From: Podarcis muralis
Taxonomy: Eukaryota
Length of the DNA: 64,000 nt
Direction: 5' to 3'
NCBI RefSeq assembly: GCF_964188315.1
Contig: NC_135657.1
Span: forward strand, 51,770,001-51,834,000
Of this stretch, positions 10,540 to 22,189 are shown one piece after another. The position numbers and the translations under genes were made by a program. How positions within the stretch are numbered: position 1 is the stretch's first letter; every line of letters starts with the position of its first letter. The notes beneath the pieces were generated by a model. The model saw only the letters and a list, made by a program, of their open reading frames with translations, searched no databases and was not told the DNA's origin.

Positions 10540-11110
10540 TCATAGGATATGCCTGTGGAACGAAGCAGTAGAGGAATGCCGTGCTCAGCGCGCCCACTCG
10601 CCTCACAAAGGTTGAGGGCAAATTATCCCACCCGCCCTTTAGGTTGAGGTCCTGAACGCTTGTAGCGGGACTCAGGCGTCGCTTTTATTCCTGTCTCCTG
10701 GTACTGAACACAACAAGGCGGCAGCGGGAGGGAAGATACCAATATTTGCGTGTGCTGTGTATTATTGCTGTAGCGACGTCCTGTTATGCGCTATTTATAG
10801 ACATTAGCAGGGCGAAGCCGGAGAAGTGAGCAAGCAAGGAGACTACGTTTCCCAGAGTGCACTGCCGCAAGAAGCGCCTCACCTCGCCTGCGCAGTATTC
10901 GGGTTGCAGCTCCGGCGGCCTGCAGGGAGCGTTGTATCCTGAAGGTTGACATTGCTGTGAATGTGGACAGGGCAGGCTATGTGAGCGCGCCCCCTCCTCC
11001 TCCTCCTCCGCAGGCTATGATAGGTGAGTGGGACCCGGATGCAACGTCCCCCTTTGATCCCCTCCCGGCACAACGGGGAAATGGCGGGCGGGTGAAGGGT
11101 GTTCGTGGTT
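10540..11110. promoter_or_regulatory. PRKN promoter CpG island (probable shared bidirectional promoter)
   Basis: CpG-rich. Extended ZNF143/THAP11 motif ACTACGTTTCCCAGAGTGCACTGC at 10842-10865, NRF1-like GCCTGCGCAG at 10886-10895, near X-box at 10764-10777. Confidence 0.8.
11017..11023 (+). CDS. PRKN: E3 ubiquitin ligase parkin, first coding exon (7 nt: M-I-first base of V)
   Basis: ATG ATA G|gtgagt inside a CpG island, head-to-head with PACRG. This matches the known 7-nt coding exon 1 of parkin. Exon 2 was not found in the remaining 53 kb, consistent with the gene's very large intron 1. Confidence 0.88.
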
Positions 11111-12724
11111 TTTCAGGATCAGTGCAGTTTTGCTGAATATCCTAATTCCTATGTATGAACACAGAAATACACCCACGTGACACCGCAGCCTGTGAGCTCC
11201 AGTTTATATAAATTCTATGTAGCTCGTACACTGCCAAAATACCCGCTGAACAATTTACTTTCTCCATATACATACATATATATTCCACCTTTTTTTTTTG
11301 CATTCCATCCCACTTAACAAATAAAAACGAACGTATCTCTCATTATAGTCAACCAAGCTTTTAGGTACTTGACAGGCTTCTGATCCAAACAGTAATGCTG
11401 TTCATATCACAGAAATGCCTTGGTTAGTGATTGGGGCGGGGGGGGGGGGGAGAGAGACACCTTTCTCCTACAAAGAGCAGCCTACTCTTGTGTAACACCA
11501 AAAGCTCACTCCCTCCTCCATCTGGATGCTACTTTGCACACTCAGCCCTCCCCAGTGTGAGAGCCAAAACACCAGGTTAGGTTAAGCACCCCTTAGGGAG
11601 AAAAAGTTTTCACTGTGACACTTATTTTTGAAAGCATCAGCAGCCAAACTAGCAGCTATTGCTGGCGAGGAGAGGTAATCAGCCAGTAAACAGCTATTTC
11701 TTCCTCCTGGACCTTTTTATTTTTAGTTTACCTTATTTCTTCCTCCTGTTGCCCTGTAGCAGAAAATGGGCACTGCCGCCCTGTCTTGCTGCCCTGCTGC
11801 TGTGGTTCTTGAGCTCAGGCAAGCTAGAGAAAGTGCTGTCTGCTTCTCTACCTTCGTTCTCCAGCTCATCCCCTCTAGGCATAGGCAGAAGAAAGCCAGA
11901 GCCTCTACCCATTCACTTGTAACCTTAGTGGTACAACATACATTACGGAGCATCCACCTCATCCTCTCACTCCCCTGTGGCTTGCGGCCCTGTGAACTCA
12001 GTCCTTCCCATCATACTGTCAAAAGAAAGGTGATGAATAAGGAGGCAGAGGTAACTACTCTTCAAAGAGCAGCCACTGCCTGCTTTTGCTGCCTATGGAT
12101 GGCTCCTAGTCTTTACTGCTGTGCCACTCTAGAAAGGGGATGCCCAGGAGCAGGCAGAGTCTTCCAGAGGGGTCTGGCATGTGACCTGTGGCATGCAAAG
12201 CAAGTGTATGAAATGGTCAGGCCACCCCCATTGCTGCCATGCAATCCCTGGAGGGATGGCTGGGGTGAATGTGGCCCTAGATCCAATAAATGAATAAACA
12301 GTTTCATAGAGAGAACTCAGGTGAGATCGCCAACCCTTTGTGGTATACTGCTCAGAGAGAAAGGGAAAAAGCAGAGAGTAGGCAGAAGCAGGTGTCCATT
12401 CTTTCTCTCTAGGCAACACTATGGGTGTAACCCTTCCCACTGTGTTGCCCTCAGAAGATGAACAAGAGAGAGGAGACAGTAGAAGCACAGTAGAGACACA
12501 CCCTCCCTCTTTTAAAGTGAGAGAGTTCAAAAGAGAAGGTGCTGGACTGGAGGTTACAGAAGTTTGGCGGGGGTACCTCTCCCCTTCCAGCTTCTCCCCA
12601 ATCTCTGTTGCAGGTCTTAAATAAGATCATTCCTGTTGGTGGAGGTCATTGGGCAAACCTAAACAAAACAACTATTCTGAAACATCTGTTTTGATGAATT
12701 AAGATTTCCCATTAAGTAAAGGGG

Positions 12725-12880
12725 ACTCTTTTTTTTATTTAATATTATTTATTTAAAGCATTTGCACCCCACTCTTCAGCCAAAAAAGAGTGCCTTACAT
12801 ACAATCAAATTAAGACAAATCCCTATCCGTAGGCTTACAATCTTAACAAAACACAACACACAAGGGACAAGGAACAGGGA
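12725..12880 (-). mobile_element. Old L2-type 3' end fragment
   Basis: tttattt..ccccactcttcagccaaaaa..aggcttacaatct resembles squamate L2 tails. Confidence 0.4.
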
Positions 12881-15854
12881 AGGAAGAGCAAAAGCATAAG
12901 CAGGCAGCAGTTTCTAAACAGTTTTTTTCTATGATGACATAGTGTTCTCCACATCCTTCATTGGTAAGAAGTCCATTAGCAATGCCGGACTGGAGGGTTT
13001 AGTTTGCTTTGGATGAGATAGCACTAAGGCACATTTTATTTACAAATATAAACAATGGAAGCAACTAGGCTTTAGAAACAGCTAGCCGAGCTATTGGTTC
13101 CTAAAGAACCATTGTTTTAGCTACCTGGATGGGACTGCCCACAGCACAATTAAGCTACCTCTAGCGAAATATATTCAAACTGCTTCTTCCCAGCTTACAA
13201 CTGCAAAATCAGGCTCAGACCATTTTTTCTTCTCTTCCCCTTAGCTTCCCAACTCTGATGTGTATTGCATTTCAGAAGCTGGAGAGAGAGCCCGTTATCA
13301 GAAATGTTCTTCTTCTTTTGGTCACACCCCTGTCCACTTGGGCCTGCTCATATTAATCAAAATAGCTGGACTCACAATAGAAGTTTCTGCCAACATGTGA
13401 TCTGTCACAAATCATTCCTGCTATGATTCATAGCTATTGGGCCTGAGTTGCCAATTCACTAGGAAGCAAGGCTTAAACAAATTTTCCACCACCCAACAGA
13501 GAGTTGCAGCACAATCCAGTACATGATTACTTGGAAATTAACCCCAGTCGTGTTGAGTGAGGTTTATTCCTAGAAAAGCGTGCATGGGGTTGCAGCCTTA
13601 GGCATGGCTAAACCAACGAAAAAAACCAGATTAAACACAATATAGTCTGCGGTTATATTGTGGCCCAGACGACACCAGTGGTGTAACCATGTTGTATTGG
13701 AAGGAAGAAGGAGATCATTCCCATAAGCCTCTTATTTTATTTATCCCAAGGATCTATATGCACCTCAACATAGTAATTTTTACAGGTTCCAGTTCAGTTA
13801 TTTGTGACTTTATATAATTAGTAATTTATGGTAATTTATAACCTAAAAAACAACAACAGATGCATATTTATGGTTTTTTCAGCTATATTTTTAAAAAATG
13901 CTTTCTGATACATTTTAATCTGTATATTTTGCGATACATTTTGTGGTTGGTTGATTCATGGATTTAGGTGTTCACAAGTGGACTGGAATGTCTGTGAAGT
14001 GTTCAGAAAAGCTGTGATGGTTGCGTAGTGATACTCGTTTACTTCTGAATGATGTGTTTTTTTATATCCCCAAGAGATTGTGCGTCCTTGGTCTGAATAT
14101 CCAAAAAGCTTTTAAAAGTTAAGTTTGGTGGTTTAGTCTGTGTGGGTTTTTTCCCCTTTTCTTTTTTTCTTTTCAGTCACTGAAAACACTAAGTGAAGTA
14201 TTTGTAATAGCTCCCTTCATTTTAGTTCTTGCTACTGTCTTGCATTCCAGAGGGAATTTGTGGAAAGTCTGGCTTTCAGTAAAAAGCTGTGTGTGTGTGT
14301 TTCTGTTCTTCAGTAAATAATGTGGAATACTGAGGAAAATTCTACACTCCTTGATAAAGCATACATTTGTTGAAATATTGTGTGCCAGTCTGCTGCATCT
14401 TGTTTTGCTGACAGTTATTGTTATCCAGGGTAGAAGCACTACTTCCTTTCTGGACAGCAGTGGAGAAATACTACCTGCAAAGAATATTTTATCAGGCCTC
14501 TAACTCTATCAGTAGCTGTTATGTGCGGGGCGGATTGATCTAAATAGTCAATTTAAATCAAATTTCCAAGGTTCTAATGCATATATTTCCTGAACAATCA
14601 TGCATACTAATTGGTTGCTATGAAAATTAAGTGGCACATGTTCACAACTGAATACTGTATAGCTTTTATACTACCCAGGAGAATAATCCAAAACCTCTCT
14701 TCATGGATACTACTTGGCTTTTGCACTACAGAAAGTAGACTATACACACTTAAGGATACTAAGGAATATCAGTTATTTGAAGACTGAACCCTGCAATCTT
14801 ATACACACATAACCAAGAGCAAGTCTCCCTGGGTGTCAAGAGACCTAGATGTTTACTCAGAAGAATAGGATTACATGGTAAGTGCCCAGAACTTTGCAGA
14901 CACAAGCGCTGGTAGAAAAATATCATCCCATGATATGGAAACTCTACCAAATTAAACTCAAATGAGCTCACAGTAGACAAAACTATGACTAATAAAAGCA
15001 ATACATATAGTTTTGCTGAATTGATTCCATTGTGAACCATAAGCACAGGCTAGCTGATAAAATGTATCATGTTAAAACTCCACTTGCACAGCTGATAAAA
15101 TTAATCAAGTTAAACTACATATGCAATGTAGCAGGGTGGTTGATACCAGTTTAGAATAGATAACACACAGGCTTTGTTTCTGGCTTAAATATGGGAAAGC
15201 AACAACAAAAAGCATCACCACTGTCAAAAACAATACCATATCATGAAAATTGTGGTGTGTAAACCATGCCACTGAGAAGAGCCCCTTTAACTGGTGTATT
15301 TTAAGGGACAAAAAATCATAAACATCACCAGTGCCTTGTGATGAAAATCATGTGCCCTGGGTTGGGGCCCTTTTAACCTATTCAGTAATCCAGCCCTGGT
15401 AAAAATGGCCACAATTTCTGTCATCATCAGAAGGTGCAGCACCAAGTATATATATTGACTGTTCTGTGACCTTTCCATAGACCACCAGAATGGATCTCAC
15501 AGACCACAGTTTGAGAACTACTTAGTTTGCCTAGAAGACTGACACTGAAGCACAGCCATGCCCCATGTGATAAACCTCTGCCTTACACATTTTTGTGTGT
15601 GGAGAGTCCTTTGATGATTAAATGCAAAGCATTTTGTGTGCCGTTGCATGGAAGAAAGTGATTCAGCCTAATTGATCCGTTGCTTGCATTCTGAAAATGC
15701 TATGGCAAGTACAGTGTGTACTAAACTGCAGAATCTTATATGCTGCTTTTCAGTCAGAAGGAGAGAGAGGCTGAGGAGGTTGTATCAGTCTTGTTCGTCT
15801 GAAACAGATGCAGCGCACTACCAAGACTGACTTTTGCAGGGCATTAAGTGTTAA

Positions 15855-16212
15855 GGGACGCGGGTGGCGCTGTGGGTAAAAGCCTCAGCGCCTAGGGCTT
15901 GCCGATCGAAAGGTCGGCGGTTCGAATCCCCGCGGCGGGGTGCGCTCCCGTTGCTCGGTCCCAGCGCCTGCCAACCTAGCAGTTCGAAAGCACCCCCGGG
16001 TGCAAGTAGATAAATAGGGACCGCTTACTAGCGGGAAGGTAAACAGTGTTTCCGTGTGCGGCTCTAGCTCGCCAGAGCAGCTTTGTCACGCTGGCCACGT
16101 GACCCGGAAGTGTCTCCGGATAGCGCTGGCCCCCAGCCTCTTGAGTGAGATGGGCGCACAACCCTAGAGTCTGTCAAGACTGGCCCGTACGGGCAGGGGT
16201 ACCTTTACCTTT
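15855..16212 (+). mobile_element. Sauria SINE, full length
   Basis: gggacgcgggtggcgctgtgggt.. tRNA head (B box ggttcgaatccc) and (accttt)n tail; TSD ttaagtgtt. Confidence 0.92.
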
Positions 16213-16234
16213 TTAAGTGTTCCAAACCAGCAAG

Positions 16235-16370
16235 CAGTGCTATTTTTCTATTAAAAAAGATTCCAGAACTCATCACAAATGCCTCCCTTGTTCTCTTTTA
16301 ATGGCAATGGTGTCCACCTGAGAGGTGCCGAAACGAAATTCCTGTGAGTTCCGGCTGAAAAAAAGCCCTG
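16235..16370. mobile_element. hAT MITE
   Basis: cagtgctattttt..aaaaaagccctg; TSD ccagcaag / ccagtaag. A second copy is at 59989-60123. Confidence 0.85.
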
Positions 16371-16650
16371 CCAGTAAGGAACATAATGCATGCATGCATG
16401 CAGGCCTCAGCTTTGGGACTGTGCGCACCAAATCTAGTGAAGAGTCTCATGTGTGGACACCTTATTTTCTGTGTTTGCATAAGAGGAAAAGTTACGAGTT
16501 TGGAAGCAAGCTACAGGCTTGCATGGGCCTTCTCCCAACCCCTCCATCTCCCTCTATAGGGTAGAGAGAGATGACCTGGGCATCCAGGATTTGAATCTCC
16601 AGTCAGCCATGAAGCTCTCTGGGTGACCTTGGAGCAGTCAGTACCTCTCA

Positions 16651-16883
16651 GCCAGTGTGGTGTAGTGGTTAAGAGCGATAGACTCATAATCTGGGGAACC
16701 GGGTTCGTGTCTCCGCTCCTCCACATGCAGCTGCTGGGTGACCTTGGGCCAGTCACACTTCTTTGAAGTCTCTCAGCCCCACTCACCTCACAGAGTGTTT
16801 GTTGTGGGGGAGGAAGGGAAAGGAGAATGTTAGCTGCTTTGAGACTCCCTAGGGTAGTGATAAAGCAGGATATCAAATCCAAA

Positions 16884-16915
<32 letters not shown>

Positions 16916-16976
16916 CTTCTTCTTCTTCTTCTTCTTCTTCTTCTTCTTCTTCTTCTTCTTCTTCTTCTTCTTCTTC
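16651..16976 (+). mobile_element. Squam1-like SINE with a microsatellite tail
   Basis: gccagtgtggtgtagtggttaagagcg A box, ggttcgtgtctcc B box, ..gatatcaaatccaaac followed by a repeat tail; short tcagcc duplication. Confidence 0.75.
16885..16976 (+). repeat. Compound microsatellite (GCT)10(TCT)20
   Basis: Direct read. Confidence 0.95.
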
Positions 16977-19139
16977 AGCCTAACCCTACCTCACGGGGTT
17001 GTTGTGAGGATTTAATGGGAAGGGGAGAACCACATACACCACCCTGACTTCTGTGGAGGAAAAGATGGTACATAAATGCAATAAATAACTAAAAGTGTGG
17101 TTTCTCTGCTGCCCATAACCATGGTTCAGACGTACATGGACACTGGCCTCTCTCCAGGATTCCTTCTGACTGCAGAAGCTGGTTAAGATATTTGGGGACT
17201 GTGTGTTTATATCCTACATGCTGCTCCTGATCATCAGCTTTATGTTTGTACTGCCCGGCTGGGTTCCTTTTTCAGTCTTAATTTTCTAATAAACTGAAAT
17301 AATTTTGGGCACACATAAGGTTTGCGTTTCTTGCCTTTGCTGATCTGGTATCCTCTGTGGAATACATTCAGTAGAAACATCTGTTCGAGACTTCAGAATA
17401 ATTACAATATCACTAAAAGCTTCGTAACCAGATTACTGAAACTTAATGTTAAAAATCTGATTTTCATTGATCTAATCCTTTCAGGTTGTTTCTTTCTTTC
17501 TTTTTTTTCTCCCCTCAATGAAAAAAGAAATGACAGCAGGACAAAACTGATTAGTATTTACATAATGTGAATTTTAGTAGGCTTTCCCCCCCCTGCTTCT
17601 TTCTCTTTTGCCTGTTCAAGTATACTTCTTTATCAAGCTCTCTTAAGGCCTTTTCACCTATGTTGACCCTCTTCAGTTATGTGCTATTAATTCATCCTTT
17701 TACCATTCTGTCATACTGATAATCAGCATTTAATGTTAGAATCTTCTGGGGAGGTTTTCCCACCACTTTTTAAGATGAGACTGGCATATATACATTTGCG
17801 TTGTTGCCTTGGTTCTGGAACTCTGCTCAGTGCCTTTCCTTTTGTCATCCCCCCCCCCCGTCTGATCCCCAGAGTGAGGTTTTTTTAAGCGATGTTGCTG
17901 GTTTCACTAAGTTGTTGTTTGTTTTTTGAAGCAGCACAGTAAGTCCCACAGTGGTCAGTGGGGTTTTTCTCCAATTACACGTGCATAGGATTGCAGAATG
18001 GTGCTGAGGTTGAGATCTGGTGCCTTGCCCTTGCCTAAGGCTAACTAGTGAGTTGGTGACTAACTAGAGATTTGCACTACTTTCAACCAGCTGCTCATGC
18101 TCTTCAACTAGCTCTCAACTTGATCCTCTCCTTGCTGTTCATTCTGGAATTTTTGATATGCTATTCTAACTAAAGCCTTGTGACATGAACATCAGATCAA
18201 CTGATGTTGTTTGTGTTAACCTAGCATTAAAGAACAGAACTGTTCGGTCATTATGAAATATTTACTCTGGATGTTTCATTATCAGATGAGCTGAATTCCA
18301 AATAAGTGCTATTATTTATATTTAGAATTCCAGTCTTCTACACAGGCGCAAAATGTAGTCAAAAAGTCCAAGTTTCCCCCTGTGCAGACATAATCCCAGT
18401 CTCTCTCTTTTTATATTAAATCATGACATATCAGTTTTCCTGAACCAAAAATGGGTTAGAATAAAAAAAGAAAAAGAAATCCAGACCCAGTACTTAAAAC
18501 ACATAGAATATAAAAATACAATAATAATTCCATTTGAACCACAACACACACAACTCCACAGTTGGCAAATGAAAACTATATCGCACGGTTATCATATCCA
18601 GCTCCCCAGGGTTAGATGGAATAGATGAGTTTTGTAGCTCCTCCAGAATGCCATCAAGGACAAACAATATTTGATCACACTCTGAGGTCATTCAGGATCC
18701 TCAGAGCGATTGTAAAAACTCTTCCCTTAGTTGTTGATGATTTCATGTAGTGAGGTAATATGGAACAGAGTTGATTTGATGAGTGCAACTGGTGTGAGGG
18801 GTTTGTAAAGTGAAAGACAGGCCATAAAGCATGTTGTCTCAAGACCGCGGAGCTTTAAAGGTTAACAGTAGCACCTTGAATAGGGCACAGATGTGAGATA
18901 GATTTGTCACAGAACAGGTTGTAGACATTCTTGTCTCTCTGTGTTCTTCAGGAGATGAGCTGCTGCTAGGAATGGAATTTTCTGAAAATCCTGATTTGGA
19001 GCTTATTCACATGACTGTTTTTTTACTGTCCTTCTCCTTGATGTTGACAATTTTTTACCAGTTTCTCTAAAAAGATGAACAATTATTGCATGATTATATC
19101 CATCTACACACGTGTGGGCATTTGTTTGTTCATGGGTCA

Positions 19140-19202
19140 CTTTTATTGTTGTTAGCCGCCCTGAGCCCGGCTTCGGCTGGGGAGGGCGGGATATAAATAA
19201 AA

Positions 19203-19255
<53 letters not shown>

Positions 19256-19258
19256 CAT
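19140..19258 (+). mobile_element. L2 3' end with (ATT)n tail
   Basis: gttgttagccgccctgagcccggcttcggctggggagggcgggatataaataaa is nearly identical to the 3' end of the young L2 at 57454-58954. Confidence 0.85.
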
Positions 19259-19695
19259 CACACATGAGCACTCTCAATTTTATGTCTTTGCAATCGTATC
19301 CCAGTGTTTCTCATCTACACTAGTGGGCAGTGCTTGATGGGATATCTTTGGGCTGTGTGTTGTTGCTCCCTCCCCTTGAGCAATTAATATTCCCCACCAA
19401 CCTTAAGTTAGGGAAACCTGAGGTCCATTGTAGGCATGTGCACAGGTACTTTTTAGATCCTGCGTTAGGGAGGTAATTGGGCATTTAATGGCCATTGCAC
19501 AACACACAATTGTAAGATTTGGGATATGGCTCGAGCTTAATTGAGCTGTTGGTACAGAACGGTAAGGTATATCACATTGTTGAGAAATGTTAACATTTAA
19601 ATTAAAAGTACTCAAAGGTCATTGTAGAACAGATAATTTTATTTTGATTTTATGACCTATGTCTATATCCAATAGGATCCCTGAAGATTACTGTA

Positions 19696-19914
19696 CAGTG
19701 GTACCTCGGGTTAAGACCTTAATTCATTCTGGAGGTCCATTCTTAACTTGAAACTGTTCTTAACCTGAGGTACGACTAATGGGGCCTCCCGCCACACGAT
19801 TTCTGTTATCATCCTGAGGTAAAGTTCTTAACCTGAGGTACTATTTCTGGGTTAGCGGAGTCTGTAACCTGAAGCGTCTGTAACATGAAGCGTCTGTAAC
19901 CCGAGGTACCACTA
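19696..19914. mobile_element. Tigger-like MITE
   Basis: TA|cagtggtacctcgggtta..taacccgaggtaccacta|TA. Confidence 0.9.
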
Positions 19915-20175
19915 TATATATTTTTATACTTGCTCAGTGTTTGTTTGTTCCCACACTCCTTTTTATTATTTTATCTTTTACTTCATTTTGTCAATTATTA
20001 TTATGCAATTGATTTTGTGTTTAGGATTTCTCAAACAAACACATGACAAACAAACATGCATGTACATTTCAGCATACATGTAAGTTTTGTGTCATTTCAA
20101 AAAAAATAAATTTTAATTTTGTTTTTATTTTGCATTAAATATTGGAAGGCAGGATAACTTTTCAGTGCTTTAGGG

Positions 20176-20311
20176 CAGGCATAGGCAAACTCGGCCCTCC
20201 AGGTGTTTTGGGACTACAATTCCCATCATCCCTGACCACTGGTCCTGTTAGCTAGGGATGATGGGAGTTCTGGTCCCAAAACATCTGAAGGGCCGGGTTT
20301 GCCAATGCCTG
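20176..20311. mobile_element. hAT MITE
   Basis: caggcataggcaaac..gtttgccaatgcctg TIRs; TSD ctttaggg / atttaggg. Confidence 0.88.
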
Positions 20312-21311
20312 ATTTAGGGCCTCTATTAGTCTTGATTTGTCCCTGTGTGAAAACCTGTGGACCTCCTTATGTAGATTCAGGTACCGAGCAAAATGCAGGA
20401 GCTGCATTTATTTCAGCTAGAGTTTACAATGCTGGCAGCAAGCACTTCAAATGTTTGTTTTCCATTAGAATATTTCTGTTTCGGCAAAATTGTTTTTATT
20501 TGGCTCTTCTATCTCTCTTTTGCTACCCCCTCCCCCCCTGCTTTAATCTCCTGAAATAGCAGATTAAGCTAAAAACTTTTCCCCAGTACTTCTAACAGTT
20601 TTCTCCAGAATTATCTTGTTGGAAGAAAATATTCCATCTGCTTCATTCCTTAACATAGCAAACCTCCTAAGTGAGCCTTGTGATAGAGACTGGCTGAATT
20701 CCACACAATGTGGTTGTTGGCCCCAAGCAAGATGAACACAATCTGTTTTCTCTAGTTCTATTAAAGGAAGAGTCGAGCGCCTTCATTTGCCTCTTGATTT
20801 TGTGATGCTTATGTTTTATGCCCTCCTTTCTTATAATAGCAGACTCCCTGCTGCTCACTCATGTTTGTATCCATACAGGTAAGCATCACACACAAATTTA
20901 AAGACCTAGTGCGGCAGTGCTTTAGCATTTAAAGCCAAATCTTCATAGGCCTTTGGCTGCTTGACTTCAATTAAGCATTTGAAGTTTGCAGAGGCGTTTA
21001 AGAACTTTGCATTATTCTTTCCAAGAGCATACCTATTCTGTGAAAGTTTACCTGCGTAAGAAAGGTGCAGATTGTCAACCGAGCATTCTTCTGGTGGATT
21101 TTGCCCATATTGTGCACATTGTGCACAAAGGTGTGGTAGAATTTTCTTTTGCCTTCCAAATGTGTCACTATTTTTTTTCCTTTATGCCATAGGTTTTTAA
21201 TTTTCTGTTTGATAAATCTAATACTAAAAATGCAATAACTGAAATTGGGATAAAGCATCTGTTTCATTGAGTTTAGCATTTGGTTTGTTAAAATCCACCA
21301 AGACTTTTAGG

Positions 21312-21501
21312 TATAGGAGCCAACTCCTAGGGCCAAGGGGTCTTTGCCCCCCCCCCAATAAAATATTTAAGGGAGCCAGCCCCCCCCCCCAAGTTGATGG
21401 GCATTGCCATTCAAATGGTGTCTGTGCACCACATCATGTGATTGATTATGAAGGTTAGGGCTCACTTGCCCCCCAATATATTATTCAAGCTTGCACCCCT
21501 G
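21312..21501. mobile_element. hAT MITE
   Basis: tataggagccaac..gcttgcacccctg; degenerate 8-bp TSD cttttagg / ttcttagg. Confidence 0.6.
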
Positions 21502-21689
21502 TTCTTAGGGGTGCTATCTCAAAGAGACCCCATTCTGCAGAAGTAAAGAATTCCTCACCCTTGACCGACTCTTCTGGAATTTTCACAAGGCACTGTGTTT
21601 TATGGAGCTTTGATTTGATTTGTACCTGCCACTGTTTCAAGATGGCTGCTGTATCTGCCGGGGAATGCTGCTGGGAAGGTAAAAACATA

Positions 21690-22189
21690 CAGTGGTACCT
21701 TGGTTCTCAAACTTAATCCATTCTGGAAGTCTGTTCCAAAACCAAGGCGCACATTCCCATAGAAAGTCATGCAAAATGGATTAATCTGTTCCAGACTTTT
21801 AAAAACAAGCCCTAAAACAGCAATTTAACATGAATTTTACTATCTAATGAGACCACTGATCCATAAAATGAAAGCAGTAAACAGTGTACTGCAGTCACAC
21901 AATCAATCAATCAATCAATCAATCAGTAGCTGAACAGGGTTCCACACAGTCACAAAAACAAAACGAAAAGAGCCACAAAAGCAAAAACGCAAAATAAATA
22001 ACAATAACAGACCTCAGTGTAACACTCAAAGCAGAAGTGTGACACTCAAGTCGGTAGCAGAACACTCAAAATGGAGCACATTCGGCTTCCGAAAAAAGTT
22101 CGCAAACCGGAACACTTACTCCCGGGTTTGCAGTGTTTGGGTTCCAAGTTGTTTGAGGACCAAGGCATTTGAGAACCAAGGTACCACTG
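21690..22189. mobile_element. 500-bp Tigger-like non-autonomous element
   Basis: TA|cagtggtaccttggttctcaaa..tttgagaaccaaggtaccactg|TA, a 22-bp perfect TIR. Confidence 0.92.

Larger units (their letters stand above)
16560..17090 (+). mobile_element. Older tRNA-derived SINE split by a younger SINE
   Basis: ..ttgaatctccagtcagccatgaagctctctgggtgaccttgg..tctcagcc resumes as cagcctaaccctacctcac..ataaatgcaataaataa. Confidence 0.6.

Noticed and set aside
11766-12293. 175-aa plus-strand ORF
   Set aside because: No recognisable homology or splice context; lies within PRKN intron 1 and is likely chance.
15855-15935. tRNA-like A/B boxes (also at 26805, 61816, 63240)
   Set aside because: SINE heads, not tRNA genes.
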